Position numbers and translations under genes: made by a program. A stretch of 63,394 nt of DNA, counting the filler, from Chrysochromulina tobinii (Eukaryota), in NCBI GenBank assembly GCA_001275005.1. It is 9 parts of 9 records of this genome, joined end to end, with 100 filler letters (N's around TTAATTAATTAA, not from the genome) between each part and the next. Parts side by side here need not be neighbours in the genome. Positions count along the whole stretch, not along the records: positions 1 to 18,748 come from JWZX01000496.1; 8 more parts are not named here. One strand, given 5' to 3'. The notes under the pieces are model-generated. The model was not told the DNA's origin. It did not search any database and saw only the letters and a program-made list of their open reading frames with translations. Numbering within the stretch: position 1 is the stretch's first letter; the number at the start of each line of letters is the position of its first letter. Shown here piece by piece: positions 1 through 10,441 of the stretch.

Positions 1-2
1 CG

Positions 3-848
3 TGCTTCGACTGCACAGCGCTCAAGCCAGGCTGGGCTGTGCTTCCGCATGGCGTGTTCATATGCATCGACTGCGCGCAGACGCACCGTAATATGGGTCG
101 GCATGTGAGCCAGACGAAGGCGATCAACACCGGGACCTACCTGTGGTATCCTGCCGAGCTGGCCGTCATGCGCGAGGTGGGCAACACTGTCGCGGCAGCC
201 GCGTTCGCCGAGTTCAACCTGCCGCCCAAGCCATCGAAGGATGCGAAACCTGCCGAAAAGGTCGCATACTCGCAAGCCAAGTACGGCCGCGGCTCGCCTG
301 ACTTCGTGGCGGCCGCTGCGCGCCTGCGTGCGGCCACCCCAGCAGCGCCCTCATTGTCAAAGGTGTCGGCATCGCCCCAGATACCCACGGTGAAGAAGAC
401 GGCCAATCCCACTGCAGCTCGTCTTCCGTCCCACGACGTCGACCTGATCAACTTTGAAGATGTCTTGCCGACGCCACCGTCGGCTCTCTCTAAAGCCGCT
501 GTGGGAAAAGACGAGGGCATGATCGAGCTCATCGAGGCAACAGGTGCCACCAGCTACCCGTCGGAGGAGGAGCTTGCGAAAGCCAAGCACGAGCAGAAAA
601 AGGTCCAAATTCTGGCTCATTTTGATGCGGCGCCACCTGCTGCAGCACTTCCCATGATGCCGCTCCTTGCCCTTGGTCAGGCCGACCACACGTTTGACAG
701 TGCGCTGAAATACTCAACGAAGCCCAAATGCGGGCTAGCTCGCATGAAGCAGGAACGTCTCCTCTGTGAACGCAGCAAGTCGCACACGCAGTCGCTCAAG
801 GCAGCGGAGGAGCGCCAGATGGCATTTTTTGCTGACTTTGGGCTGTGA
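3..848 (+). CDS. ArfGAP zinc-finger protein (5' partial)
   Basis: Frame open from base 3: CFDC-x16-CIDCAQTHRNMG, the ArfGAP CxxC-x16-CxxC finger with the catalytic Arg retained; low-complexity C-terminus. Confidence 0.85.
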   Translation, partial: CFDCTALKPGWAVLPHGVFICIDCAQTHRNMGRHVSQTKAINTGTYLWYPAELAVMREVGNTVAAAAFAEFNLPPKPSKDAKPAEKVAYSQAKYGRGSPDFVAAAARLRAATPAAPSLSKVSASPQIPTVKKTANPTAARLPSHDVDLINFEDVLPTPPSALSKAAVGKDEGMIELIEATGATSYPSEEELAKAKHEQKKVQILAHFDAAPPAAALPMMPLLALGQADHTFDSALKYSTKPKCGLARMKQERLLCERSKSHTQSLKAAEERQMAFFADFGL

Positions 849-1596
849 CGTGTGGTTCCCATTTGCCATGTTCAATCAGTGAATGAGTTGACATGTAGAC
901 TACACATCGAGAGCCAGAGGTCTACCGTCATGGATTACCCACAGGTCCGAGGTCGAGGTCGGTCCCCCTTTACCTGGGGAGGCCCGACCGCAAGGCCGAC
1001 GATGGCGGGTCCCCCTGTGACTGTGCCCGCATGCACATGGAGATCCGTGAGGCTGAGAGATTAGTTACGGTGCTGCGCGTCCAGCGTTCAGCGTTCAGAC
1101 TAAGTATCTACAGACACGAACAATGCCGTGTGCGCACGTGCGCGCCTTGTAAGTTCTCCAGGTTTCCTTGTTCTCAAGGGTTCCTTCTCCGTGTGTTTGT
1201 TTCGTGTGTGTCCTTGTGTGTCCCGGCACCATGCCCGGCACCTCCTTTTGACCGAGAGTTACCGAGAGACTAAAGGTAAAGCACCTTATTGACCGAGACT
1301 TGAGTCATCAAACGAGTCTCTGGAGCTAGTAATTTCTTCTTTGAACTTCGTATCCAAGCCCAAGCCGGCGGGATCCAAAGCGCGACGCTCTCCAAAGTCC
1401 AAACTGCCGTTGCCGTTGACACTGCTCTCGCGATGGTCTATGATTTGAAGGAGCCGCACGCGTCGTGTCCGCCGGCCCTGTGTCTTGGGTGTCGAAATAA
1501 CCAGGACCTGTGAATTTCGTTAGAACGTGTTTTGGGTGTTGTGAACTTTAACACGACAGACGCGACAACCGTGAATGAATTCGAATCCCAGATCCC

Positions 1597-4500
1597 ATGG
1601 TGAGCTACCCACCCACTCGCCAGTCCGAGCTCTTCGACGCGGCTCGCAAGGGCGACCTGCAGTGTGTGAACTCGCTCCTACGCGTGGGCGGCCCTGGCAC
1701 TGCCTCGGCGGCCATCGACGCGGCTACCGGCTGGAGCGCGTTGGCTGCGGCGTTGATCAATGGGCACGGGCGAGTGGCGGAGGCCCTGCTTGCTGCGGGT
1801 GCAAGCGTAGCACACGTCGACCATCGCGGCAACTCGCCGATGCACGCTCTCGCGGCTGGTGCATGCGCCGACGACAACGACGAGATTGGACTGGTGGTCG
1901 CGCGGACCATGCTCAACGCGGCGCGCCTGCTCGGTCCGAGCCGAGGCTTGGCAGTCATAGGGGCACCCAATCACGAGGGCGCCACGCCTCTGCACCTCGC
2001 TGCGCAGAAAGGTAAGTGCTCGCTCATCGAGGCCTTCGGCGAGCACGGGGCTCCGCTCAGCGCTCTCGACCGCGAGGGTCGCGATCCCTACTACTTCCGC
2101 GCGGACGCGCGCACCGAGAAGGTGTTGCTCAGGCTTCTCGCCGACTCGACGCTGCGCTATCCCGAGGCCGGCGCCCTGAGTGGACGCTCTGTGTCGTCGG
2201 CGTGGAACCTGAGCGACCCGGGGCCGCGCCACGCCACCGACCCCGTGAAGCAGCTGCTGAAGCCGCCGCCGCCGCCGGCCGCTCCGTCTGCCCGGCGGGC
2301 CGGCTCGCTGGTGCCGCCGCACCCTGTGGCGGCGCCGCCGGCGCCGCCGCTGCCAGCGGGCGGGATCGTCGGCCGCGCAAAGGCGGCGCGGGCTGCGCCA
2401 GGCCCTAAGACGCGCACGGGGCGGAAGCTCACCAAGGACGAGGAGCGGAAGGCGACGTACCTCTCCCGCTACCTCGCCCCGGGGGAGGAGAAAATGGCTC
2501 CGGCCTCTCTGCCAATGACCATCGAGGAGAAGATCGCCGCGGCGTTCAAACGAGCGGACGTGTCCGGCAGTGGCACGGTGGGCAAGCGCGAGCTCTACAG
2601 AGCGCTCACCGAGGCGGGCCTCGCGGCGGCCGCGTCCGCCGAGGGCCTTCGGCTATTCCAACTCGCCGACGCGGACCTGGACGGGCAACTCACTTTGGAC
2701 GAGTTTGGCCAACTCGCCAAGCAGCTCAAGCAGCTCCTAGCGGAGCCTGCGCCGGGCGCGCCCGTGCCCCCGCGGCCGCCGGCGTCGCTGCCTCACGCGG
2801 CGCACACGTTGAGCAGTCGTACCCGCGCCCTCATCGTCAAGGCCTTTGCCAAATTCGATGCGGACCATAGCGGCTGGATCTCGCTCTCCGAGCTCAGCGG
2901 CGCGCTGCGCGCGTGCGGCATGTACGTCGACGACGCGAAGCTGCGCAGCATGTTCAACGAGGCCGACATCGACCGATCGGGCGGCATTGACCAAGCCGAC
3001 TTTGAGCTGCTCGTACAACGGCTCATGGCGCCGCCGCGGGTGCTAGGTACAGATTCGTTTTACGTGCCCCCACCGGCGAGTGGCTCTGCAGTCGCCGCCG
3101 TCTTCTCGGCGTTCGAGAAGGGCTCGACGGGCTTCATGACGAGCGACAACCTGCCGCAGGCTCTTCGGCTTTTCAGCATCGATCCTGAGGAGCCGCCCGT
3201 GAAGAAGCTTTGCACTGCAACCACAGAAGGACGTGGCGGCGTGCTCGACCGTCACAGCTTCACGATGCTCGTCTATCGGCTCCTCCGTTGCGAGTACGAC
3301 GTGGTGCCAAGCGGCACCGCCGACCCGTCGGCCGCCGACCCGTTGGCCGCCGCCCTCAAGGAGAAGCCGGACTCCGCACTGAAATACCGCGAGGGTGTCA
3401 AATACTTCTCGGGCGAGCCTGTGGAAACGGGTGGCAAGGCGGCCAAGGCGAGCAAGGAAGCGGCGGCCAAGGCGAGCAAGGAAGCGGTCGGTAAGGCTGC
3501 CAAGACAAGCAAGCCGACGAGCAAGCCGACGAGTACGCCGACCAGCCCGGTCAAGGGGAAAGAGACGAGCCCCAGAGGAAAGGCGATGATCCCGACGAAG
3601 CCGTCGACAAGTGCTGGCGCACCGAGTGCGGCGAGCGGCGCGTCGGCGGACGAGGTGCTCGAGAAGCTTGCACGCGCTTTCGTCACGAGCCCGTCCGAGT
3701 CGAACGGCACAGTGGCGATGCGGGAGGTGCCGAACATCCTGCTTGAGGCTGGCTTCGCTTCGGCCGCCGAGCGCTCGCTTTTCCTGGCCGCTGCCGCCAG
3801 CCCCATGGACCGCGTGCGCTTCAATGAGGTCGTGTCATTAGCTCTCGACGAGGGCAGTGGCGTCAACCGGGACGGCGCGAGCAGCACGTCGCCTGGGCGC
3901 TCGCCGACGGCCCGAGACGGCGCCCGAGACGGCGCGAACTCACACGCGCCGCCGCTGCAGCTGCGCGTGGTCGACATGGTCCTTTCGTCGTCGGTCGTTG
4001 GCCGGCCAGAGCTCAACGCGCTGTGTCTGCTGATGCATGCATCGCTCGAGGCGCACGACGGGCGCGCCGCGCCGCTGGTAATGCGCTCGCCGCTGCTGCC
4101 CAAGCAGTTGACACCCATGAGGATCGATCTCGAAGTGCGTCTGCCTCCGAGTGTGTGCACACTGCAACTCGAGCTGCTCTATGAGGCCGCACCGGACCAG
4201 CTCGCGCCGTTCGCCGCGTGCTCGCTCGATCTCGATGAGATCCGGTCTGCGCTCGCATTCCCGCTCGCATGCACGGTGCCGCTCCGGGACAGCGCGGGAC
4301 GTCAGGCGGCTGCCCTTGAGATCCTTGTCGAGCGTGTGCACGGCGTGCCGCCCTCGCAGCCTGCCCTCTCGCCGAAAAAGCTGCCCAACGGCGGTGGCGG
4401 TGGCGGGTACTCTGCTGCCTTCAACGCGGCGGTCGAGGAGCATTTCAACGCGTGGAGCACGAGCTTGTACGCCTCGAACAGCTTCCTGCACGAGATTGGC

Positions 4501-4941
4501 GCAACCGCGCGCCAAGAGCAGCGAGAGCGCATACGTGAGGCGCTCGAGGTCGAGTGGAGGGCCGCCGGGCTGCCTGTCTTCGAGGGCGAAGGGCGCGGCG
4601 CCGGTTCGGCGAAGGACAAATCTTTGGAGGAGCTCGAGGACGAGCTGCGAGCGCTCCGAGCCGAGAGGGCAGAGCTGCAGCAGCCGCCATCGTCCTCCGG
4701 CCCCACCCTGGCGGATCGTCAGAGCATGCAGGAGTGGCGTGTGCGCGTCGCTGGCGGGCCGGTGACGGGGCTGCAGAAGCCGCGCCAGAGCTCCTCGTGG
4801 CGTGCGTGGGGCACTGAAGCACTCGACCGCACCGCGCGGCTGCTCTCGAGCTCAAACAATCCCTTGAGTCAGGTGCTGCGCGAGTCGCAGGCGGAGCTCG
4901 CGCGCCTCGAACGCCGCTATGCGCCCAACAGCCCACCGTGA
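1597..4941 (+). CDS. Ankyrin-repeat and multi-EF-hand protein
   Basis: N-terminal ankyrin repeats (GNSPMHALA, GATPLHLAA); EF-hand loops DVSGSGTVGKRE, DADLDGQLTLDE, DADHSGWISLSE, DIDRSGGIDQAD; coiled-coil tail. Confidence 0.85.
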   Translation: MVSYPPTRQSELFDAARKGDLQCVNSLLRVGGPGTASAAIDAATGWSALAAALINGHGRVAEALLAAGASVAHVDHRGNSPMHALAAGACADDNDEIGLVVARTMLNAARLLGPSRGLAVIGAPNHEGATPLHLAAQKGKCSLIEAFGEHGAPLSALDREGRDPYYFRADARTEKVLLRLLADSTLRYPEAGALSGRSVSSAWNLSDPGPRHATDPVKQLLKPPPPPAAPSARRAGSLVPPHPVAAPPAPPLPAGGIVGRAKAARAAPGPKTRTGRKLTKDEERKATYLSRYLAPGEEKMAPASLPMTIEEKIAAAFKRADVSGSGTVGKRELYRALTEAGLAAAASAEGLRLFQLADADLDGQLTLDEFGQLAKQLKQLLAEPAPGAPVPPRPPASLPHAAHTLSSRTRALIVKAFAKFDADHSGWISLSELSGALRACGMYVDDAKLRSMFNEADIDRSGGIDQADFELLVQRLMAPPRVLGTDSFYVPPPASGSAVAAVFSAFEKGSTGFMTSDNLPQALRLFSIDPEEPPVKKLCTATTEGRGGVLDRHSFTMLVYRLLRCEYDVVPSGTADPSAADPLAAALKEKPDSALKYREGVKYFSGEPVETGGKAAKASKEAAAKASKEAVGKAAKTSKPTSKPTSTPTSPVKGKETSPRGKAMIPTKPSTSAGAPSAASGASADEVLEKLARAFVTSPSESNGTVAMREVPNILLEAGFASAAERSLFLAAAASPMDRVRFNEVVSLALDEGSGVNRDGASSTSPGRSPTARDGARDGANSHAPPLQLRVVDMVLSSSVVGRPELNALCLLMHASLEAHDGRAAPLVMRSPLLPKQLTPMRIDLEVRLPPSVCTLQLELLYEAAPDQLAPFAACSLDLDEIRSALAFPLACTVPLRDSAGRQAAALEILVERVHGVPPSQPALSPKKLPNGGGGGGYSAAFNAAVEEHFNAWSTSLYASNSFLHEIGATARQEQRERIREALEVEWRAAGLPVFEGEGRGAGSAKDKSLEELEDELRALRAERAELQQPPSSSGPTLADRQSMQEWRVRVAGGPVTGLQKPRQSSSWRAWGTEALDRTARLLSSSNNPLSQVLRESQAELARLERRYAPNSPP

Positions 4942-5776
4942 ACACGTGGCGGGCGCGTGGGGGAGATTGCGCGTTGGAAAGGCGGCTCCAGCTGTCCAGA
5001 TGCGACTGAATCCAGTCGCGGCGCAGCGTGCACAAGCAGCCGTGCCGACCGCGACGAAGGGCGTGGCTGGAGGCTCCTGCGCGACATGGGCTGCGATTGC
5101 GGATTGGATTTCTTCAAGCTGAAGCTCACAAGCTGTGCCAGTGTCGAGCACTCGAGCTTGTCCAGAGGTGGTCGGCGATTGGGGTGATTTCGCGTACAAA
5201 CCGGCTCGGGTCGGCGCGGACCGGTCACCGGACTCGGCACCGGACTCGGCACTGCCACGGCTACGCACGGTGCTGACCGCCAACACGCGCCGCGACACCC
5301 CGACTCGGCGCCAGTGGAGTAATTGCGACTCTATGAGACTCACACGCGCGCCCGCCCGCCGCACGGCACGCACCACGCTCACCGCACGTACGCGGTCCCG
5401 TCACTCCTCGGCTGTGTAAATCACCCGTACAGTATCGGAGTTCAGTTCGGACCGAATTTGCAATTTCTCTTGACTCTCGTTAGTCGTTTCTCCACTCCGC
5501 TCCTCATCTCCGCGCTACCTTCGTCGTGGCGCACATTCTACTCTTTGGACGTCGATCGTCGTCCAGCATTAAGAGCATTGCACTACGGCTTTTCGCTTTA
5601 TTTGAATGGATCTGGTCCACCGGGCTCTTAGTCCAGCTTTGGCCGCCTCATGTACACTTCATCGTATGGCTTGACCATTGTATTTCATCTCATCGTATTG
5701 CTTTGTATGCCATCTCATCGTCTGGCATCTCAAATGACATTACAGCTGCGGCCATTCGCTGCCTTTAAGTAAGGCG

Positions 5777-8719
5777 CTAGGCCTGCATGCTAGTAGGGTG
5801 TGAGAGGCTCCTTTCCATCGGCGATACCAAACAGGCCGAAATCAAACTGTCGCTTGGGTAGCCAAAGCCTGGCTTGAGCGGCTTCTTGTTTCCCGCCAAA
5901 ATTTGGTCTTGGAGCAGCTGCTCGAGCCGGGGGACCACTTCGTGAAACTCGGGCCGCTCTGAAGTTTCCAGTGCCCAGCAATCCTTGAGAAGGCTCTGCA
6001 AGTCAGCGGGCCATCTGGGGTCGATCTTGGGATGGAACCCTTTTGCGACCGCCTTCTTGAAGAGCTCGGGCGAGGAGAACTCGAGGAAGGGCTTCCTATG
6101 GCTGCATATCTCCCACAGGACGGAGGCGAACGAGTACACCTCGGCCTTGTGATTGTAATTTTGCGAGTTGGCCACCTCGGGCGCCATGTAGCGCATCGAG
6201 CCGCACTCGCCTGTGAGCTTGCGCGGTATGTCGTCAAAGGCCTCGCCATGCCGCCAGAGCGAGGCGAGTCCAAAGTCGAAAAGCACGAGCTCGCCGGTGG
6301 CCAGGAAGCCAATGTTGTTGGGCTTCACGTCACGGTGCAGGATGCGGTAGCCCGGGAACGCGTCGTCGTGGCAATACTGAAGCGCGCGCGAGAGCTGCAG
6401 CCCACAGTTGAGGCACCGCATCAGTGGCCACGCCTTGACCTCGCGCCAGCGCACCCAGAATGGGATCGTGTCTGGGTCACGCGGGAGCTCTTTGTTGAGC
6501 ACCGTGGCGAGCAGCTCGATGATGACGAAGGGCTTCCCCTCGAGCTGGCCGAGCGCATACGCGTTGAGCACGTTCGGGTGGTCCATCAGGGTCATCAGCA
6601 TGATCTCACGCTTGATACCACGGAGTGCGCCAATCGAATTCTGCTTCGCCGGCTTGAGCATCTTGATCGCCACCTTCTCGCCGTCCAACGTGGTCCTGTG
6701 CGCCGTCGCGAACTCACCCTCTCCGAGATATTTCATCTCCCCGAGCGAGGTCCACTCCACAGCGCGCACTTGCTCGGGCAGCTTCCCCTTGACCATAAGC
6801 TGCACGCCACGCAGGTCGGACTCCTCGTCCCTTATGGATTTAAAGCCACCCTCCACGGCATTGCTCACGGGATTGCCATGGCCATCATCCACGTCTAAGA
6901 CTGAGTGCCATCCGCGCGTCGGGTCTGCGTTGCGCATAGGACGCTTTTTCATGCTTTGGCTCACAGCCCACGGCACGACGGCCTCGTCGTCTTCTAGGGT
7001 CTTTGACCCGTCCATCTTCGAGCCGTCCATGTCGCCCGATCCTGTCGGGCGGCCCACGACGAGATGGTCGAAGAGACCCGCGAGCGAGAAACCTCTGGTA
7101 TTAGACATGCTTCCCTTGCTGCGGCGGAGAGGGGTAGGGCTCCCGCCACTGCGAGGAGGTAATGACTCGACCACAATATGAGTAGCAGGCCGGCGTGGCT
7201 CATGTTTCAGCATGCCAGCGTCGTCCCAGGTCACAAACTCCGCTGGGGGGCGAACTCGGCCCGGGCTTGGGCTTCGGATCACTTGCACGGCAGCGTCGTC
7301 GAGCTCGGGACGATCGGGCTCGCCGGCGGACTCATATGTGCGAAATGCGTTCCCGGCTTTGACCGACATCTCGTGCCTCTTGTCGGGCGGCCGCTGCCTT
7401 TCCGGTAGCGGAGTAGATAGGGGGCTGCTATCGGCGGATTCCGGGACCCTGCGTACGCGAAGAGACGGGTCGGCGACAGCAAACACGGCGTCGGCGCTGT
7501 TTGATCGAGCGCGGACGCCCTTGCCCTTGAGCGCACTCCCGAGCACACTGTGCTCCTTGGACGAGTCCGAGTCTTCGTCCTCGTTCTCTTCGACCTCAGA
7601 GGATTTGACACGGCGCAGAAACGACCGCCCCCCCTCAGACTCGAAGCCATCTTTCACGCGTTTAGGGAGGTTGCCCTCTTTGGAGCCGTCGTCCAGAGTT
7701 GGCCCAAAGAGGATGACGCACGCGGTGGTGTCGTCGGTGAGTCCGCGCTTGGAGATGGCCGTCTTGACCACCTTGGCTGCCGCTGACTTGCCGTCCGAGT
7801 AATCACCCGAGATCAAGACGGCCGCCGCCTCCTGCGCACTCAGGTGATCCCACACGCCATCAGAGCACGCCACCAGCGCACCGCCCATCGGGGGAACCTT
7901 CCGGGTAACAAAGGAAGGCTCGGGCAACACGAAGGCCGCACAGTCGGCATCGCCGATGCCTCGGGTGACTGCCAGCCCTCCCGGGAAGGCTCGGATTGGC
8001 CCTCCGGGCTGGCCATTGGGGTCAATCGCCCGGCCGAGCGTCGCACCCTTTGCCACAACACGCAACTGCTCCTGCTGGTTTTCCTCGAGGCGATGGCTGA
8101 CGCCGAGCTCGATGTAGCCGTCATTCTCGACGAGCAGCGCCATCGAGTCGCCCACATTCCAACAAGACACTTCGCCGCGCGTCGCATTCACGCAGATTAC
8201 GGTGAGCGTCGAACCCGCCTTCCTCTCACCGGTGTCAAATTTCGAGCTGCACACCTCCTCGTGAACCTTCTTGAAGACGGCGTTACACGCCACGTTCAGC
8301 GCCGCGGCGGACCCGTCTGCCGCCGAGGCACAGATCTGTTGCAATACCCGCGAGCTGATGTAGGTAGACACATGGCTGCCGCCATGCCCATCGGCCACGA
8401 GGATGCACGTGATCGAGTCTCCACATATGATGTCCTGACGCGTCGCAAAGCAATCCTCGCCCTTGAGGGAGCGTTGAAAGCCGCCCACCATGAATTTCGT
8501 CTCTGATTTAGTGCCGAGTGAGGCCACTGCCACGCTATCGCGGCACTTGGGCTTAGTTGGGGTGCGAAATCCAAGGCTGGACGCAGCATGTAAATCGCTA
8601 CTTGTATCCCACGGCCACCTCCACCCCTTCATCTCAGATGAGGGCGATCCCATGCAGGGGAATCGTCCAGCTTCTCCTTGTGTTTTCTTTGGATAAAGGA
8701 GCGAAACTTTCCAGTCCAA
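5777..8719 (-). CDS. PP2C (PPM) phosphatase fused to a C-terminal TKL-like protein kinase
   Basis: PP2C motifs GED, ADGHGG, NVGDS, LAVTRGIGD, SDGVWD, DDTT; kinase motifs GEGEFA, VAIK, HRDVKPNN, DFG, YMAPE, all in one uninterrupted ORF. Start codon uncertain. Confidence 0.88.
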   Translation of the reverse strand: MDWKVSLLYPKKTQGEAGRFPCMGSPSSEMKGWRWPWDTSSDLHAASSLGFRTPTKPKCRDSVAVASLGTKSETKFMVGGFQRSLKGEDCFATRQDIICGDSITCILVADGHGGSHVSTYISSRVLQQICASAADGSAAALNVACNAVFKKVHEEVCSSKFDTGERKAGSTLTVICVNATRGEVSCWNVGDSMALLVENDGYIELGVSHRLEENQQEQLRVVAKGATLGRAIDPNGQPGGPIRAFPGGLAVTRGIGDADCAAFVLPEPSFVTRKVPPMGGALVACSDGVWDHLSAQEAAAVLISGDYSDGKSAAAKVVKTAISKRGLTDDTTACVILFGPTLDDGSKEGNLPKRVKDGFESEGGRSFLRRVKSSEVEENEDEDSDSSKEHSVLGSALKGKGVRARSNSADAVFAVADPSLRVRRVPESADSSPLSTPLPERQRPPDKRHEMSVKAGNAFRTYESAGEPDRPELDDAAVQVIRSPSPGRVRPPAEFVTWDDAGMLKHEPRRPATHIVVESLPPRSGGSPTPLRRSKGSMSNTRGFSLAGLFDHLVVGRPTGSGDMDGSKMDGSKTLEDDEAVVPWAVSQSMKKRPMRNADPTRGWHSVLDVDDGHGNPVSNAVEGGFKSIRDEESDLRGVQLMVKGKLPEQVRAVEWTSLGEMKYLGEGEFATAHRTTLDGEKVAIKMLKPAKQNSIGALRGIKREIMLMTLMDHPNVLNAYALGQLEGKPFVIIELLATVLNKELPRDPDTIPFWVRWREVKAWPLMRCLNCGLQLSRALQYCHDDAFPGYRILHRDVKPNNIGFLATGELVLFDFGLASLWRHGEAFDDIPRKLTGECGSMRYMAPEVANSQNYNHKAEVYSFASVLWEICSHRKPFLEFSSPELFKKAVAKGFHPKIDPRWPADLQSLLKDCWALETSERPEFHEVVPRLEQLLQDQILAGNKKPLKPGFGYPSDSLISACLVSPMERSLSHPTSMQA

Positions 8720-8884
8720 AAGAGGTTTGTACAGAGGGTTATTTTAGTCCATTGTCGCCATTTTTGGAAAAACTTGAAAGTGGACACACATCGGCCGTGG
8801 ATGGCTGCCCAGCGCTCAGTGAGTGAGAGCCCAGCGACTACATGTGCGGTGCGCCATGTCGGTGGCATGTGCCTTGTGCGGATG

Positions 8885-9012
8885 CGCGTTGCTTGCGCGC
8901 GCTGCGCGCGCTGCGCTGCGCTGCGCGCGCTGCGCGCGCCGTGCGCTGCGCTGCGCGCGCTGCGCTGCGCGCGCGCGCGCGCTTGCGCTGCGCGCGCTGC
9001 GCGCGCTGCGCG
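8885..9012. repeat. GC-rich (GCGCT/GCGCGCT)n simple repeat
   Basis: Read directly from the sequence. Confidence 0.9.
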
Positions 9013-9580
9013 GGGCGCGACACCTCGTTCAGTTGTCGGCATGCTCATACAAAATCCAATACAATGTGTACAACGGCTTCTCCTGTTGTCCTGACTGAGT
9101 CCTGACTCCTGGAAACCGACGTCGACACATCTCACATGCGATGCCATTGATATGCCATTGATGGCGAGCCTTGCTCGCCCGCGTCTCCGGGGTCCGGGCG
9201 GTCCTCCCCTGGCTTCGCTGAGGGTCCGGCGATTCCGGCTGCGAAAGCCGAAACCGTGACCGCACGCGGAGCGAGTCGCCCGGACGGCGCCGGAGCGACG
9301 CCGCGAAGCGCGACCAGGCCGCGTTTCCCGGTTCGGTTTGCGTGCTCGCGGGGCGTGTGCGCGCCCGGCCGTCCTGTTATAAACTTGCTACTTGGGCGTT
9401 GGGGTCAGCCGCGGTATCCGGAGGCGCGTTTTTACTTTGGTCTCTCGTCCCACATTCGACAATTGTCTCGATGTCTCGAGGTGAGCCCCGCGAGGCTATC
9501 GGTCGACCGCTGTGCCATCCACCTTGTGGTCTTTCTATGAGCCACGTACATGTATATATGCAGGGCTGGACGAGGGACAC

Positions 9581-10240
9581 TCACGTCTGCTCGACGAGCA
9601 GGAGCATGCGCAGCGCCGTGACGCCCTCGTTAACCTCGGTGAACTCGGGCTTGCACGTGAGATCGATGGCCTCCTCCTCGATGTTCTTGCGCGCGATCGC
9701 GATCGCCTTGATGGCCTGGTTGGCCGCAGCCGCGCCGATGGCCGTGATCACCATGCGATGGCCCTCACGCGCGAAGCTCGAGATGGCGCCCGCGAGGACC
9801 TTGGCGTCGGTGCCGGAGGCGGCCTTGAGCGCCTGCGCCTCATCCTCGCCGCTGCGCGCGCGGCGCGTCTTCTTGCGGATCAGCAGCAACAGGCCCGTAT
9901 GGCCGTCCTCGAGCTGGAAGAACTCGGGCTGCACGCAGATGTCGATCGACTGCGACTCCTTGAGGAAAGTTCGCGCGATGGCAATGGCCTTTACAGCCTG
10001 GTTGGTCGCCTGCGGACCGATTGCCTGCAGAGTTGGGCAGTCGACGGGCGCACGCGCCTGCGCCGCGATGAGCATCGCAACGTCGCGAGGGTTGGACGAA
10101 TTCCCCATCTTGGTGAGGTTGTTGCCGCGGGCGATGCGGTCGTAAAAGGTGTGGCTCATGTGGTTCGGGGGGCGCTTGGACTGCGTGTCTGGTTGCTCGA
10201 CCGCGTCGTCGCCAGTGGGCCCTCCATCGGAGACGTCCAT
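9581..10240 (-). CDS. Tandem two-domain SpoVS-family protein
   Basis: Two copies of the SpoVS signature: AIGPQATNQAVKAIAIAR...ICVQPEF and AIGAAAANQAIKAIAIAR...LTCKPEF. Confidence 0.85.
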   Translation of the reverse strand: MDVSDGGPTGDDAVEQPDTQSKRPPNHMSHTFYDRIARGNNLTKMGNSSNPRDVAMLIAAQARAPVDCPTLQAIGPQATNQAVKAIAIARTFLKESQSIDICVQPEFFQLEDGHTGLLLLIRKKTRRARSGEDEAQALKAASGTDAKVLAGAISSFAREGHRMVITAIGAAAANQAIKAIAIARKNIEEEAIDLTCKPEFTEVNEGVTALRMLLLVEQT

Positions 10241-10441
10241 GACAATGAGTCGTATGTCGCACTCACTCGCGACTACACGAATCCGAGTTCCAACGCGTTG
10301 GCAATTCGGCTTCGCGCAGTGGGGAAATGGAGTGTAGTGCCGCAGAGGATGTGTAGAGCTCGACAGGACGCGCAGTGTCGCCGCACGTTTGCCCAGAATC
10401 GTTCGCGCCGAGTTTGACCCGCGTAGTTCCTAGTGCCCCTC

